From: Massalongia carnosa
Lineage: Eukaryota
Length of the DNA: 64,000 bases
NCBI GenBank assembly: GCA_965645245.1
Contig: OZ287070.1
Span: 3,038,001 to 3,102,000, forward strand
Direction: 5' to 3'
The translations under genes and the position numbers were made by a program. Below the pieces are notes generated by a model, which saw only the letters and a list, made by a program, of their open reading frames with translations, ran no database searches and had not been told where the DNA came from. This document shows, piece by piece, positions 44,898-57,334 of this stretch (the stretch's first letter is position 1; every line of letters begins with the position of its first letter).

Positions 44898-47800
44898 TTA
44901 CTCTTTCCATTTTTGCAATCCCAATTGACCAATGAACCGATTGAAGATGGGCTTATTTAGAGGCTTGGTTAGGCCGTCGGCAATCATCTCTCCGCTGGGT
45001 ATGTACTCGACCTGAATTCGATTTCGCTTGTGCAGGTCCCGAATGTGATGATAGGCAACGTCGATATGCTTAGATCTATCATGAATGTGAGCGTCTTTTG
45101 ACAGTTGGATAGCGGCTTGATTATCTCCTTTTAACCGCATCGGGGAGTCAGCTTGATGCTTCAAGTTCTCACGAATATTGACGTTATGACTGAAATATTT
45201 CTCGAAGCCTATGTCTTTTATCAGCTGAACGAGCCATAAACCCTCCTTAGCACAAGTTGATAAGGCCATGTATTCTGCCTCCGTTGTAGACGTAGCAACC
45301 GACTTTTGCTTTCTGCTCATCCACGATATAGGCCCTCCCCCTAGCATGTACACGTATCCCAAGATCGATTTTCTTTCGAGCCTATCAGCTGCGTAGTCTG
45401 AATCGGAATACCTAATGAGGCCTTGGCCATGATTCCCCCCAGCCCCATACAGTATACCGATGTCAAGGGTGGACCGAACGTATCTAAGCAGTGTCTTTAG
45501 TGCATGACCGTGATGAGCAGCTGGATCACTGAGATATTGGCTCAGCCTTCCAAGAGCAAAAGCTATATCTGGCCGCGTATGAATTGCCGCGTACATCAGG
45601 CTTCCAACAATTTGCTGATATTCTCTTTGATCTATGCGCTTATCATCTTTTCCAGCCGATCGCAATGAATCATAGCCGTTCATTGGAATTTCGGTAGGCC
45701 TATGTTTATCAGCGCTCATATTTGTTCTCTCCATCACATCTTTGAGATAATGCGTCTGGTCAATTCAAAGAGTTCGATTTTTCCGATCTCTGGTTACTCG
45801 TATGCCCAGAACCTTCGACACTTCTCCTAGGTCCTTGATGCTAACGGCAGCATTGAACTCTTTCTTGAACCAATTAATCTCTTTCGTCATTTTGGAGGCG
45901 ATCACCAGGTCATCTACGTGCATGAATATAATGACTCCCTTTTTAGGTTGAGTGAATAGGCATGGGTCAGATGAGCATTGAATGAAGCCTAGTTTGGTCA
46001 GCTCATTTGTACAGCGGCTATTCCATTCTCTGGCGGACTGCTTTAAACCGTATAGACTTTGCAGAATCTGAAGAACTCTACCAGGGGCAACGTTTACTCC
46101 TTCTGGTGCGGTCATGTAAATGACATCTTTCAAGGTTGATTGGGTAAATGCGTTATTCACGTCCACTTGATGACATTCCAGGTTTTCCATCGCTACTTTG
46201 GCAAGCACTGCACGTAGGGTATCCGATCTTACCGTGGGGGCGAAAGTGTCCTTATAGTCGATGCCGTATTTTTGAGTAAACCCACGGGCGACTAATCTTG
46301 CTTTGAACTTCTCCAATGAACCATCGAGGTTGGTATTTACTTTAAACACCCGTTTGCAGGTGACGATGTTCGTTTTGGGAGGTGGAACAACTTCTTTCCA
46401 AGTCTTATTACCGATGAGCGCCTTGATCTCGGTGTTCACTGCTTCTTTCCATAGTTCCCCCCACACCGGATCATTTACTGCTTCCTTGTAAGACTTAGGC
46501 TCGGGTATGTTTCTTTCAAATGCAGAAGCACCAGCCGATAGGGCAGATTCGAATTTGAGATAGCCATCTTCATCCTCGTTATTATCGTCGGCGAACAGCG
46601 CTAGAAAAGCGCGCGGTATTTTGAAAGCCGGTTCTTTGGGAACTCTTCATCAGATCGCTTTCGCTTCGGGATTGCAACATGAGAGAGTATGCTAGTGCTA
46701 GCCTTAGGCACAGCTGCGGCTGGGATTGAATCATTCGCTATGGGCGACTCTTCGGAAGTTGGGATTGGTGGTACGTTTTGAGTGACATCATCTTTCGGGT
46801 TTGGTTGGTCATGAGTTTGATTCTGTTGACTAGGAACCTCCACATGCGAAATTCTTTCTACTAATTTGGCGGGTTCGCTGATTTTCGTTTCTTTTGTCTT
46901 TTGTGGTCTTCCTACTGGCCGTCTTTCTGGTAGCACGTTGGGTGTCTGCTTCCGCAAGTTTAAATCAACGCTGCCACCTTTTAAATTTTCATCAAATTTT
47001 ACGACATTGCTTCTGATGATTTTTCCCATGTCGGGTGCCCAGAGACGATACTGTTTAGTTGTCTCTTCTACATATCCCATAAAGACTCCGATTCTGCCTC
47101 TGTCCATGAACTTGTCTCTTCTGTCCCCCGCGGGTAGCGATTTGGGATCGACGTACGAATAGCATTTGCATCCCCATACCCTAATGTGATCAATGGATGG
47201 CTTGACGCCCGTGAAGGCTTCTTCCGGTGTGCTAGCATAGCCGTTGATGATCGGTCCGCATCCCGTGCGATTCCGAAGATATGCATCAGTTTCCATGGCT
47301 TCCTTCCAGAATTCGATTGGGAGTTCTGCGTCCTTTATCATAGCTCGCACCGAGTTCTCGGTGGTACGAATTGCTCGCTCGGCGACTCCGTTCTGAATAG
47401 ACATATGAGAATGGTGTATTGCGGAATAATACCGATTGAGGAGCACCTTTCATCAAGAGTAGCCTCCAGCTCGGTGGCATTGTCACTCCGTACAGCCAAT
47501 AGTCTTTGTGCACTTTGATATTCGACTTTTATTTTGTCACTCCGTACAGCCAATAGTCTTTGTGCACTTTGATATTCGACTTTTATTTTGTCACTCCGTA
47601 CAGCCAATAGTCTTTGTGCACTTTGATATTCGACTTTTATTCTCCATTTTCGCAATTCACCTGGTGCTTCGTCTCGCCTTTTGAGTGGAATGGACCATAT
47701 CTTTCTAGAATAGTTGTCCACAATTTCCAAAAAGTATATGTATCCTTCTCGAGAGGCAGGCAAAGGACCGCAAATATCGATGGAAACCAGAGCCAGAAGA

Positions 47801-49665
47801 GAGGTTTTTCGCTCGGTCGCTTTGCCTCTTTTATTGGTGAGCTTAGTGAGCGCGCATACCTCGCAAATGTGATCCTCTTCTTTGCTGACCGGAATAGGCC
47901 TTTCTAGGGTGGTGACCTTATGCAGATTACGAAGCTTTTCTCGGCCTAGGTGAGCGAATCTTCGATGCCATAGCCTGTACGTTTCAGAGTGTTTGTCCGT
48001 CTTGGTTGGGTTAAGTGCGGGTGTTGACTCAATCTCGATTTCCATATTGTTATGTGTTGTTGGACATGTTAAACCCGCGCCGCGCGGCTTTAACGCCTCT
48101 GATGAAGACGAGAGTGATGCAATATCAACTTTGCTTGGAAAGGCAATATCATGATGCATGGACGCGGTTAATGCGAATTCATCGAGATCCTTTGCTATTT
48201 TCTCGACGATATATACTCCCCCTCGCTGCCGTGCCTCCATGATCTCCTTGCCTTGCTTGTCATGCATCTTCAGCCCGTGCTGGTCGAAACTTCCGATGAG
48301 GCCCTTCTCGCACATCCGCCTTCCAGACAAGAGATTAACCCCTAGCTTGGGGACATAAAGGACAGAAGAAAGAAATCCCTGATTTCCGTGCCCATCCTTG
48401 ATCACGCACGTACCGCGATGACATGTTCTCAATTCTCCCCCGCCGACCTTTATTCTTCTTTCTCTGATCTTTATCAGAGGTCCGCTAAAGAGCTGAAGCT
48501 TGTCAGTCATGTGGGATGATGCGCCACAGTCAGCTACCCATTTTGATCTAGGAATCTTACAGACAGCTTCTCTGGAGAGAGCCGCAGTTTCCTCGAGATC
48601 ATCTAGATCATCGTCATTGTCGCCTGATGAGAAGCTATCGTTCTCGTCCTCTTCTTCTGACTCGCCAGCGAGATAGCTCCGATGGCGCTTGACGGATGAT
48701 TTGCCCTTATTGACCTCTTCCTTCTTCTTCGCGAGGCTCCTGACGTGGCTGCGAGTGCTTTCCAAGAATTCGCACTCTTTGGTCCAGTGGCCGACTTCTC
48801 CACAGATTAAGCATCCCTTTTGCGAGTTGACCTTGATTTTCGTTTCTCTCTTTGCACTTGAGGACCTTTCGTGCCGTCTGGATCGCTCCTGCCTGGAGTT
48901 GTTGAATGTGCTTCGACTTCTGGATGGGTTGAGAGGCCGTCGCTGCTCTCTTCGCTGTTCTTTCTGCTTTGCGAGCAAGGCTAAATCTGCTTTCGCCTGT
49001 GTTAGCTGCATTTCTTTGTCTTCCAACCTTTTAATGCCAATTTCGGCATCTACTCCCCCAATTGCATCAATTCCGTCCCTAATGACCGCGTACTCGGCTG
49101 GGAGAGATTGTAAGAGTAATTGGAATAGTTGCCGAGTGGGAAATGCGTCTCGAAGTGTGGGTGTGGCCATGACGACCTTGTCTCTCAACAACAAAAGTTC
49201 CCCCCATGCCTCCTGAACGGTGGTGTTCTCTATCATTTTATATGACAGCTCTTGAAGGTAATGCCTTCCTGAAGTGGGAAGGATGTTGTTGTACTTGCTT
49301 AACAGCGAGGTCCACTTTTCCGCCGCTGTCTTTATCACTCTTACGCGTTCTTGATCGAACTGGCTTAAGCAGATGGTTATAAGATAGCATGCTTTAGCGT
49401 TGTCCTTTCTCCATCTTTCCGAATCGATGAATGGGGTTCCCGGGGTGAGGGGAGTGTCTGATTTATCTATTTCTTTTCCATCAAGGCTTAATTTGTCCAT
49501 TCGCTGCTGAAGGTACGAGGAATTGGGCTGTGGCTCGCTTATTGTATGAAAGATGCCTTCCGCTTCGAAATGCATTTCGGCCAGCTCGAACCATCTTTGA
49601 TAGTTCTCCCTTGTCAGAACGGGCAAGGGTCTTCTTTTCGCTAGATCGTCTGCGATTGTTGTCAT
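44898..49665 (-). pseudogene. Copia H gag-pol with frameshifts, a stop and an in-frame triplication
   Basis: CLICGEVGHWTKEC, WVADCGAS, WHRRFAH...CEVC, HVDD and YSDSDY. Confidence 0.93.
47480..47641. repeat. 3 x 54-bp tandem repeat in the H integrase
   Basis: Encodes KIKVEYQSAQRLLAVRSD three times. Confidence 0.95.
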
Positions 49666-49703
49666 TTTTGATATTTGATTGTGCTTGATGGATCCGTCGT
49701 ATC

Positions 49704-49850
49704 AAGCTGCCGGGAGTGCTGGTTTGTCCTGCCACAGGAATCGTAAGGAGCTGCCGAGGTGCTGGTTTATCCTACCATAGGAATCGTAAGGAGCTGCCGA
49801 GGTGCTGATTCTTCCTACCTAAAGGAATCGTAGTCGAGCTGTCGAGATAG
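49704..49850. repeat. Imperfect ~43-bp tandem repeat (about 3 copies) in the H leader
   Basis: GAGCTGCCGAGGTGCTGGTTTATCCTACCATAGGAATCGTAAG units. Confidence 0.8.
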
Positions 49851-50196
49851 CGATTTGCGAAGAGCTATATCCTTTTCTGATGTTCGGAAGCTTGTTGCTG
49901 ACCGTGCTCATAACCAGTTAAAAGGAGACTCTGGTTGCAGGTGATCGCATTGACTATGAAGCTATCTAAAAGGAAAAGAGCAGACTTTTCACCAAAGGGC
50001 AAAGCACGCTAAACCTAAAACCTTCCTAGAGAAGATTAGACTACCCGCTATCCACGTTATGAGGCAGTGAGCCCAAGCCATTATAACCATAATCGCAACC
50101 GCCATTCAACATCAGTTTACATATATTATTCCAAAAATTCTTGAGAAGATTCACATGCAGAACGCAAAGTTTATCATTATTTTTAATAAAGAAAAT

Positions 50197-51567
50197 AGTT
50201 AAATGGTATACCAGGTAGGGAGGAGAGAAGATTGTCTACGGAGTACATGGCTATTATATACTGCCTAGCGCGCAAAGGCTCGCAGGGCTGTGCTACACCT
50301 ATAAAGGGGTTGGAGGATAATTTAACACTCCCCTTACTAACCAACTCCCTTATCGGTGTAGCCGTGGTGGAGGCAGTATGAAAATACAGCAACAGATCAA
50401 AGACAATATAACTCTCTCATGTGAAAAAAAAAGGACAAATCCCCTCGTCCCAACAGAACAGGTGCTAGCGAAGTCGGTTGTTTCTTCCTGCACTTCCCTC
50501 CATGATGGCAATCGCAAGCGATGTGCTCCCTCATGCGAGTTGTCCTCTCTTTGCACCTTTAATCCCATCCATTATGGCGGCAGGACAACTGCTCCTCCAT
50601 TCGGGTTGTACTTCCTTCATAGTGGCAGGGCATCTGCTCCCCCATTCGGGTTGTACTCCCTTCACGGTGGCAGGGCATCTGCTCCCCCATTTGAGTTGTA
50701 TTCTCGGCATCCTGCGGATGCCTTCTCTTATCTCCTTTATGGTGTCCTTCCTCCATGATGGCAGTATACCTGCTCCCTCATGTCGGTTGTCTTCCGTACC
50801 CTGCGGGTACCTCCTTCCATTCCCCTATCTCCCCCACGGCATTCGGCGAAACGGCAACCGAGAGGAATAAAAACATCGAGCTAATGTATAGGCGAAGGTC
50901 GTAATTAAAAGGAAAGAAGTCAGGAATTGAGATCAATTGGGTGGTGGGTAGGTTAATTAACGAGTGAACCACGAGATTATGACTGTTTGATGAAGGGACG
51001 TCGGTAGTAGTGACTAAGAAGCCAATAGCCGGCGTTTAGAAAAGAAATCGATCCGGAGGCCTTCATAAAGACCAATCGATAATTAAATTCGAAAAGGCAG
51101 CCTTTTGAGGATTGTATCGAGTTTGAATAGCGACAAGGCGGTTGTTAGGTTCAACTGTGTCGCTGGATTGTCGAGTGGAGATTTGGATTGGCGACCTCTC
51201 ATCGTCGCCGATTTGGCTTGTTTGTCTTCCGCTAAAGACACGTATCGAGCTGCCGTTTTCATCTGATTTGTCTCCTGACCCTCAAGAGACTCGTAATCAG
51301 TTGCCGAAGTGCTAATTCTCCCTTACCAAAAAGGACCGTAAAAAGCTGCCGGAATTCAGAGTAATCACGCGCTCTGACCGCGGACACGCACACATCTCCC
51401 TTTATCCATGCCTACAAGGGGAAGCCTCATGCTAACCCGGGCTCATAACCAGTTAAATGGTATATCAGGTAGGGAGGAGAGAAGACTGCATGTAGGTGTG
51501 TTCTATTGAGATCTGTCTACGGAGTACATGGCTATTATATACTGCCTAGCGCGCCAAGGCTCGCAGG
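50197..51567 (-). mobile_element. Small non-autonomous Copia-type LTR element (TRIM-like, element I)
   Basis: LTRs at 50197-50327 and 51451-~51567 (truncated). PPT AAGGGGAG. PBS GGTTATGAGCCCGG. The 1.1-kb interior has no gag/pol motif I can recognise. Confidence 0.8.
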
Positions 51568-52466
51568 AAGGTGCTCCATTTAGCACTCTAGTTCTTCAAT
51601 GTATAACGGGTCTTCAAATGCTCCCAAAGGTCCTTGGGATTCCAGATCTCACCGTTGGCTAGGTCCCTCATCGACAAGAATTCTTGCTGCACGTCGTCCG
51701 TGCACATCTTGCCTATCTTTCCTACTACTCTTCTTTGCTTTTCCTCGAACTCCAGTCGTTCAAGGTCCCGTTGATCCCGCTTATCGAGCTGGTCCGGTGT
51801 TTCTTCTAGAGAGACTTCGTCATCATCAGAACTCTTTGATGGAAAGGGAATCTCTTGAGGCATTTTCCGGGCACCAGTAACATAACTCCAAAATTCCGCT
51901 TCCTGCAGGGCGAAGGCCATGTCTCTGGACCATTTCTTATAGTTCCCGCTCCCTATCAGTTTGGGGAACGTGTATAGGCTCTCCCCCTTAGCCATGATGC
52001 TACAAGGGAGACGAAATGAGGAATAGGGCAGTGACCCTGTGGAATGGACTGATGCTTTGAATTTGGCGCGGACGGAGGTAGGGAATACATATAGTATAAA
52101 ATGGAGTAGATGGAGGGATAGAGGTAAGATAGTTAACAATCAATGTGGAGGCTTTTCAGACGTAGCAGAAGTAAGCCGGGCTCATGACCTATGAAATAAT
52201 ATATTCAATTTGTAGTATAATAGCATCATTGTCATTGAAGGTAATTATCTATGTGGGCTATTTGTCTGCTTTATGTAGCAGTCACAAAACAGTCATATCT
52301 AGGAGCCTAAACGGTCAGACTTTGTCCCCCATATCTACTTGTTTAGGCACCCTGACGGTCAGACCTTGGGTCCCATATCTGATTGTTTAGGCACTTTGCC
52401 AGGCACCTCCCGAGGCTCATGATGGATGCCCATATTGATGGTGGCCTCATCATCTAACATCTAACA
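51568..52466 (-). mobile_element. 5' fragment of a Copia E-related element (LTR ~52190-52466, PBS, gag N-terminus)
   Basis: MAKGESLYTFPKL gag is nearly identical to E. The LTR resembles the E LTR. PBS GGTCATGAGCCCGG. Confidence 0.88.
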
Positions 52467-53266
52467 CTATGTTCCGTACGGCATGGAAAACAGCCCTAAG
52501 CTTCGAAAATATACGCTCAGTTTTCGCTGCCACCGCGGTTTACCCACTATGCCCCGAAAAGTTTATAAACTAGTTTAAAAGGAAGAGTCCATCACCAATT
52601 CAAAGCGATAGCGAATCTAAGAAAAAGACTCCTGGCTCCGTACGAGGTGTACGAAGAGCAGTCAAAGCGATTCGATCCGAAACGACCGACATAGCTGCAG
52701 GACTGGATTTGATGATTCTAGCAAGGGAAAAACTAGCAGTTAAAAATGATATACTGGAACACGAGATTATTGGGCTTCGTACAGTACTAGTAGACGAAAA
52801 AAAAACGCCGGAGAAGGGGGAAACCGACGGGTCTATTTGTCAAAGATGAGCCCGGGCAGGCTATATTCTTTTCTCCGGCTAAAATTGTTGCGTTTCAGGC
52901 CCGTCAAGAGGAGCTCGAGGCTCAGAAAGAACAGGAGAAGCTTGAAAAGGAAGTAGAGCATCAAAATCGGGCTGCTGAGAGGGAGCGCAAAGCTTAGGAA
53001 GCTCAGGAACGGCGAGAAACTAGGCAGAAGACTCGGGCTGAAAAGCTGGAGCAGAAGCGGCGCGAAAAGAAGCTTGTACGAAGCAGAAGGAGCTTAACAA
53101 GCAGCTTAGGCCTGAAGAGCATTCAGAAAAGGATCAAAAGAAGCAAGCTACTATAGCTAGAAAGCGAAAACTGGAGGATCCACCTCCTATAGAGCCGAAA
53201 CTGCCCGAAACAAGAGTAGCTCGTAGCGGGCGCACTGTATTGATTCCTTCTAAGTTTAAGGAGTAG
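52467..53266 (+). pseudogene. pogo/Fot1-like transposase C-terminal relic
   Basis: Manual translation gives FRTAWKTALSFENIRSVFAATAVYPL...EKKRRRRGKP...AIFFSPAKI and a charged tail, with stops and frameshifts. Confidence 0.7.
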
Positions 53267-53424
53267 AAAATAGCTGTATCGTTTTCGTACAATGCTATTT
53301 ACCCTATCAAATGATTTTTATAGCTTTATATTCCTTGTTCATCGAGATATTCTAGTTTTAGGTCGTAATTAACATTTGTGGAGTGTTCATCCGGTTTAAG
53401 TTCTAAAATAGTTACAGAATATTA

Positions 53425-55839
53425 ACCGTGCGACCGAGGTAAATCCGATGGACCGCACCCGGAGCTACGCTCCAGGTGCGGCTCACCTCCATGACGCTAT
53501 CATCTCCATAACGCATTTCTCAAACTATTTAAATTATATCCATTGATTGACCCTTTCAAAATGAAGCTATTCAAAATCAAAGGCCGACGTTCATCTATCC
53601 AGCTTTCGGCCTTTTTACCCACTAAGCCAAACCGTTTAGCTTTCGCTTTTCCATAGATAAATATTTTCTTTGGTCTAGCCGTCTCAGCACGCTTTTGACG
53701 ACCCTCCTCCCTTTCCACCTCTTCTTGGGTACGATGTAGGTGATTGTGCCTCACATCTCGAACGGTAACGATTCCTCCCTTCTGAACAACAGTACCAGCA
53801 AGCTTTTTTCGGGCCCTTTTAGCTAATGCAGCTATGTGTGTGGCTTGCAAGTCGCGTTGCGTCAATTCTACGGAGTTGAAAATTATCGTTTGCAACCGAC
53901 ACTTGATAAAACGTCGCATTCTTTCTGGAGTAGTTTCTTTATTATTATTCATTCGCTGAATAATGTTTTTCCCTTCCTTAGCAACGTCTTTGGGCTTTTT
54001 GGAGGTATGAGGTAGGATTATTGTCTCCGAAGATGATATTGGTAGTTGTAGTAATGCCGGATTTAAAGCACGAATTTTGGTCAAGTATACCTCCGGATTG
54101 TAAGGTATCAACCCAGTTTTTTCCCACGCTGATTTGATAGTAGATGATTTGAATACCTTTGTGCAAAATTGATTGAATGCGTCCAGAAAATCCAGACGAT
54201 TGAAGTCAACGTCACCCAACCGAATGGCGTTGTGTAATACGGATGGCGCTAGAGGGTTACGTGATCGCCTATGGCGGTTGCGGGATTAACTAGCGTGGAC
54301 CATGCCGTAGTACGAAGTCGCATAAGCCGTCGAGGCTGACACACTGCCATCTTGCCCCGAAACTTCGGAGTTATTGTTATCACGTTCTTGACTACTTACA
54401 GATCAAACACCTGTCGAGGCCGTGGTGGTAGATTGCAATGGAGTGTAAGGCGGACTCCTGTGGAGAGGCGAAGAAACTCTATATGGGATCTACTGGCCTA
54501 CTCGGAGCTACTGGATCTCTTGATGGTTCAAGAGAGGTAGCAGGAGGCACGGCTCGCTGGACGCAGCTTGAGCTAGGCTCCCCGGTGTAAACTTCAGCTT
54601 CAACCTTTATTACTACGTTGGTAGTGATGTCGGCTGAATGAACCTACATGACCTCGTTGTCTAGACCTTGTGTCTAGAGGCAGGTCCGCAGTGTAGCGAG
54701 GTATTCAGTCGGAGGTAACCTTCCATCACTAGGTAGTGGTGACGGCGAAATGAAGCATCATAGCCTGAGGCATGTAGTGAGGCATCTAGCCGGGGGTAGA
54801 ATTGTTCTACCTTGCAAGGGAAGATCTAGAAGGCTGCTCGAGGCTGACTAGATGATCCAGCGAACGCCGAGTTCGTGGATGGATCCTGAGGGATGGTTGG
54901 ATGTAATGCGATAAAGTCGGATGTGGATTGCAAGGCTGTAATGCTCGCAAGACTCCCAAGGCTTGCAAGGCTCCTAAGGTTCCAAGGCTCCCAAGGCTAT
55001 AGGCTTGGGGTGAGTAGGATAAATATCAGAACGAATCTTGTAGTATTCGTTAGCAATTAGTCTTTATTCTATGAACAACCTACGTTTAGGTCTCGGACGA
55101 GATCTCTTGGTCTAAGCAGTTCTATATTCATTAGTTCTTGGGATCACGTATACTCTCGGAGACTAGCACGTAGTAGCTATTTTCCTCCTCTCACGCTGAG
55201 TATTTCCCCTTTAGAGATCAGTGTCGCTCGTGATAAGCTTACTGGTCTCGTAGCCCATTACACGTTGTCAGCCGCTTCAGCATGATAATGTTTCATTGCC
55301 TGAAAAACACCAACGTCCATTGGCTGCGTCAAATGGATTGAATTTGGGGGGGGGGTAATCTGAATAAACAGATATTATTTTCTTTCGAATATTCCCAAAA
55401 TTCATATGTTAGATGAGATCCATATCCATCCAACAAAAGAAGCCTAAACGCTCCTTTTTGAACCTTTGTTGAACGAGCATTAAAATGCTTTAACCACTCT
55501 AATGCTAGACAATCATTTGAATAGCCGCTATCGCTTGTAGTCAACACGATATCATCTTTCAAATTATTCTTTAAGGCCCATTTGTGAAGTATGTTGACCC
55601 ATTTCAAAATCAAAAAGGATAAAACGTTTCCGCCAACTCCATTGATACATTCGACCGAAGTTATATAGTCTCGATTGTCTGGATCAGCGATTATAAGTCG
55701 TTTATGTGATGATAGTGTCACCACCAGATGGGTTACCCTATATCCAACTCGAAAGCCTGTCTCATCCATATTCCATATATCATCAGTAGTTATACCAAGA
55801 AGGGCTACAGTCGATTGAAATAAAGAGAAATAAGTTTAT
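53425..55839 (-). mobile_element. pogo/Fot1-like DNA transposon, 3' portion, split by a solo LTR
   Basis: MDETGFR, LLLLDGYGSH and IKSAWEKTGLIPYNP motifs. A TIR-like ACCGTGCGACCGAGG...GACCGCACCC is preceded by TA. Confidence 0.85.
54233..55262. repeat. Solo LTR, 1,030 bp (copy 1)
   Basis: TGTAAT...ATTACA with TSD CGTTG. Confidence 0.92.
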
Positions 55840-57334
55840 TGTAATAGAAGCTCTGCTTGCATAGTAAAAAGCTCACCTTTGAAACGATTGATTTTTCTAT
55901 CTACATATCTAAGGACCGTGTTTATATAGATAGAAAAATGTAATAGCGCGGCAATACAGGACTGCGCTAGCTCCTGGGATGACTCACCCAAGAAGACCTG
56001 GTTACTGATAATCCGGATGCTTAGTCATGATAAGGCGGATAGCAATACTAAGCCATCAGCAATCAGCCTTACCAGTTTGTTAGGCAGCAACTGAAGCTAT
56101 TCAGATAAGCCTCGATCTCATGGGAGGCCTGGGACGCCTAGGTGTAATGGGCTACGAGACCAGTAAGCTTATCACGAGCGACACTGATCTCGAAAGGGGA
56201 AATGCTCAGCGTGAGAGGAGGAAGATAGCTACTACGTGCTAGTCTCCGAGAGTATACGTGATCCAAAGAACTAATGGATGTGGAAGTGCTTAGACCAAGA
56301 GATCTCGTCCGAGACCCAAACGTAGGTTGTTCATAGAATAAAGACTAATTGCTAACGAATACTACAAGATTCGTTCTGATATTTATCCTACTCACCCCAA
56401 GCCTATAGCCTTGGGAGCCTTGGAACCTTAGGAGCCTTGCAAGCCTTGGGAGTCTTGCGAGCATTACAGCCTTGCAATCCACATCCGACTTTATCGCATT
56501 ACATCCAACCATCCCTCAGGATCCATCCACGAACTCGGCGTTCGCTGGATCATCTAGTCAGCCTCGAGCAGCCTTCTAGACCTTCCCTTGCAAGGTAGAA
56601 CAATTCTACCCCCGGCTAGATCCCTCACTACATGCCTCAGGCTATGTAGCTTCATTTCGCCGTCACCACTACCTAGTGATGGAAGGTTACCTCCGACTGA
56701 ATACCTCGCTACACTGCGGACCTGCCTCTAAACACAAGGTCTAGACAACGAGGTCATGTAGGTTCATTCAGCCGACATCACTACCAACGTAGTAATAAAG
56801 GTTGAAGCTGAAGTTTACACCAGGGAGCCTAGCTCAAGCTGCGTCCAGCGAGCCGTGCCTCCTGCTACCTCTCTTGATCCATCAAGAGATCCAGTAGCTC
56901 CGAGTAGGCCAGTAGATTCCATATAGAGTTCCTCGGCGTCTCCACAGGAGTCCGCCTTACACTCCATGGCAATCTACCACCACGGCCTCGACAGGTGTTT
57001 GATCTGTAAGTAGTCAAGAACGTGATAACAATAACTCCGAAGTTTCGGGGCAAGATGGCAGTGTGTCAGCCTCGACGGCTTATGCGACTTTGTCCTACGG
57101 CATGGTCCACGCTAGTTAATCCCGCAACCGCCATAGGCGAGCACGTATCCCTCTAGCGCCATCCGTATTACACTAGGAGACCTCAGCTGAAGGCAACAAG
57201 GCTATCTGCTAGTCCTCAGTTGAAGGCATCAAGGTTATCTGCTAGACCTCAGCTGAAGGCAGCAAGGTTATCTACAAGACCTCAGCTGAAGGCAACAAGG
57301 GAGACAGGTAACCAGACAAGTAGTTAGTAAATAG
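55840..57334. repeat. Probable LTR interrupted by solo LTR copy 2 and by Gypsy G; includes about 4 x 33-bp repeats at 57178-57300
   Basis: Begins TGTAAT where pogo homology stops. Non-coding. AGACCTCAGCTGAAGGCAACAAGG units. Confidence 0.55.
56143..57172. repeat. Solo LTR, 1,030 bp (copy 2, inverted relative to copy 1)
   Basis: Reverse complement of 54233-55262, with its own TSD CTAGG. Confidence 0.92.

Larger units (their letters stand above)
44188..50111 (-). mobile_element. Copia H, full length
   Basis: 196-bp LTRs (44188-44873 interrupted; 49916-50111) with about 5 differences. TSD TCAGT. PBS GGTTATGAGC. Confidence 0.94.
43026..50196 (+). pseudogene. Ancient AT-rich Copia RT relic in four pieces (43026-43153, 43398-43479, 43969-44187, 50112-50196)
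   Basis: Degenerate but collinear with Copia C RT (TAFLNG.IDQLIYV, SPRLWY, FVDDLNI, EVKKQL...AFKM, YI.K.LE.FHMQ). Confidence 0.75.

Noticed and set aside
50350..50972. Short ORFs inside element I as a cargo gene
   Set aside because: They overlap on both strands across the 45-bp repeat and have no recognisable motif.
54233..57172. Foldback/TIR transposon with 1-kb TIRs
   Set aside because: Each arm has its own 5-bp TSD and TG..CA ends, and the outer flanks do not match each other.
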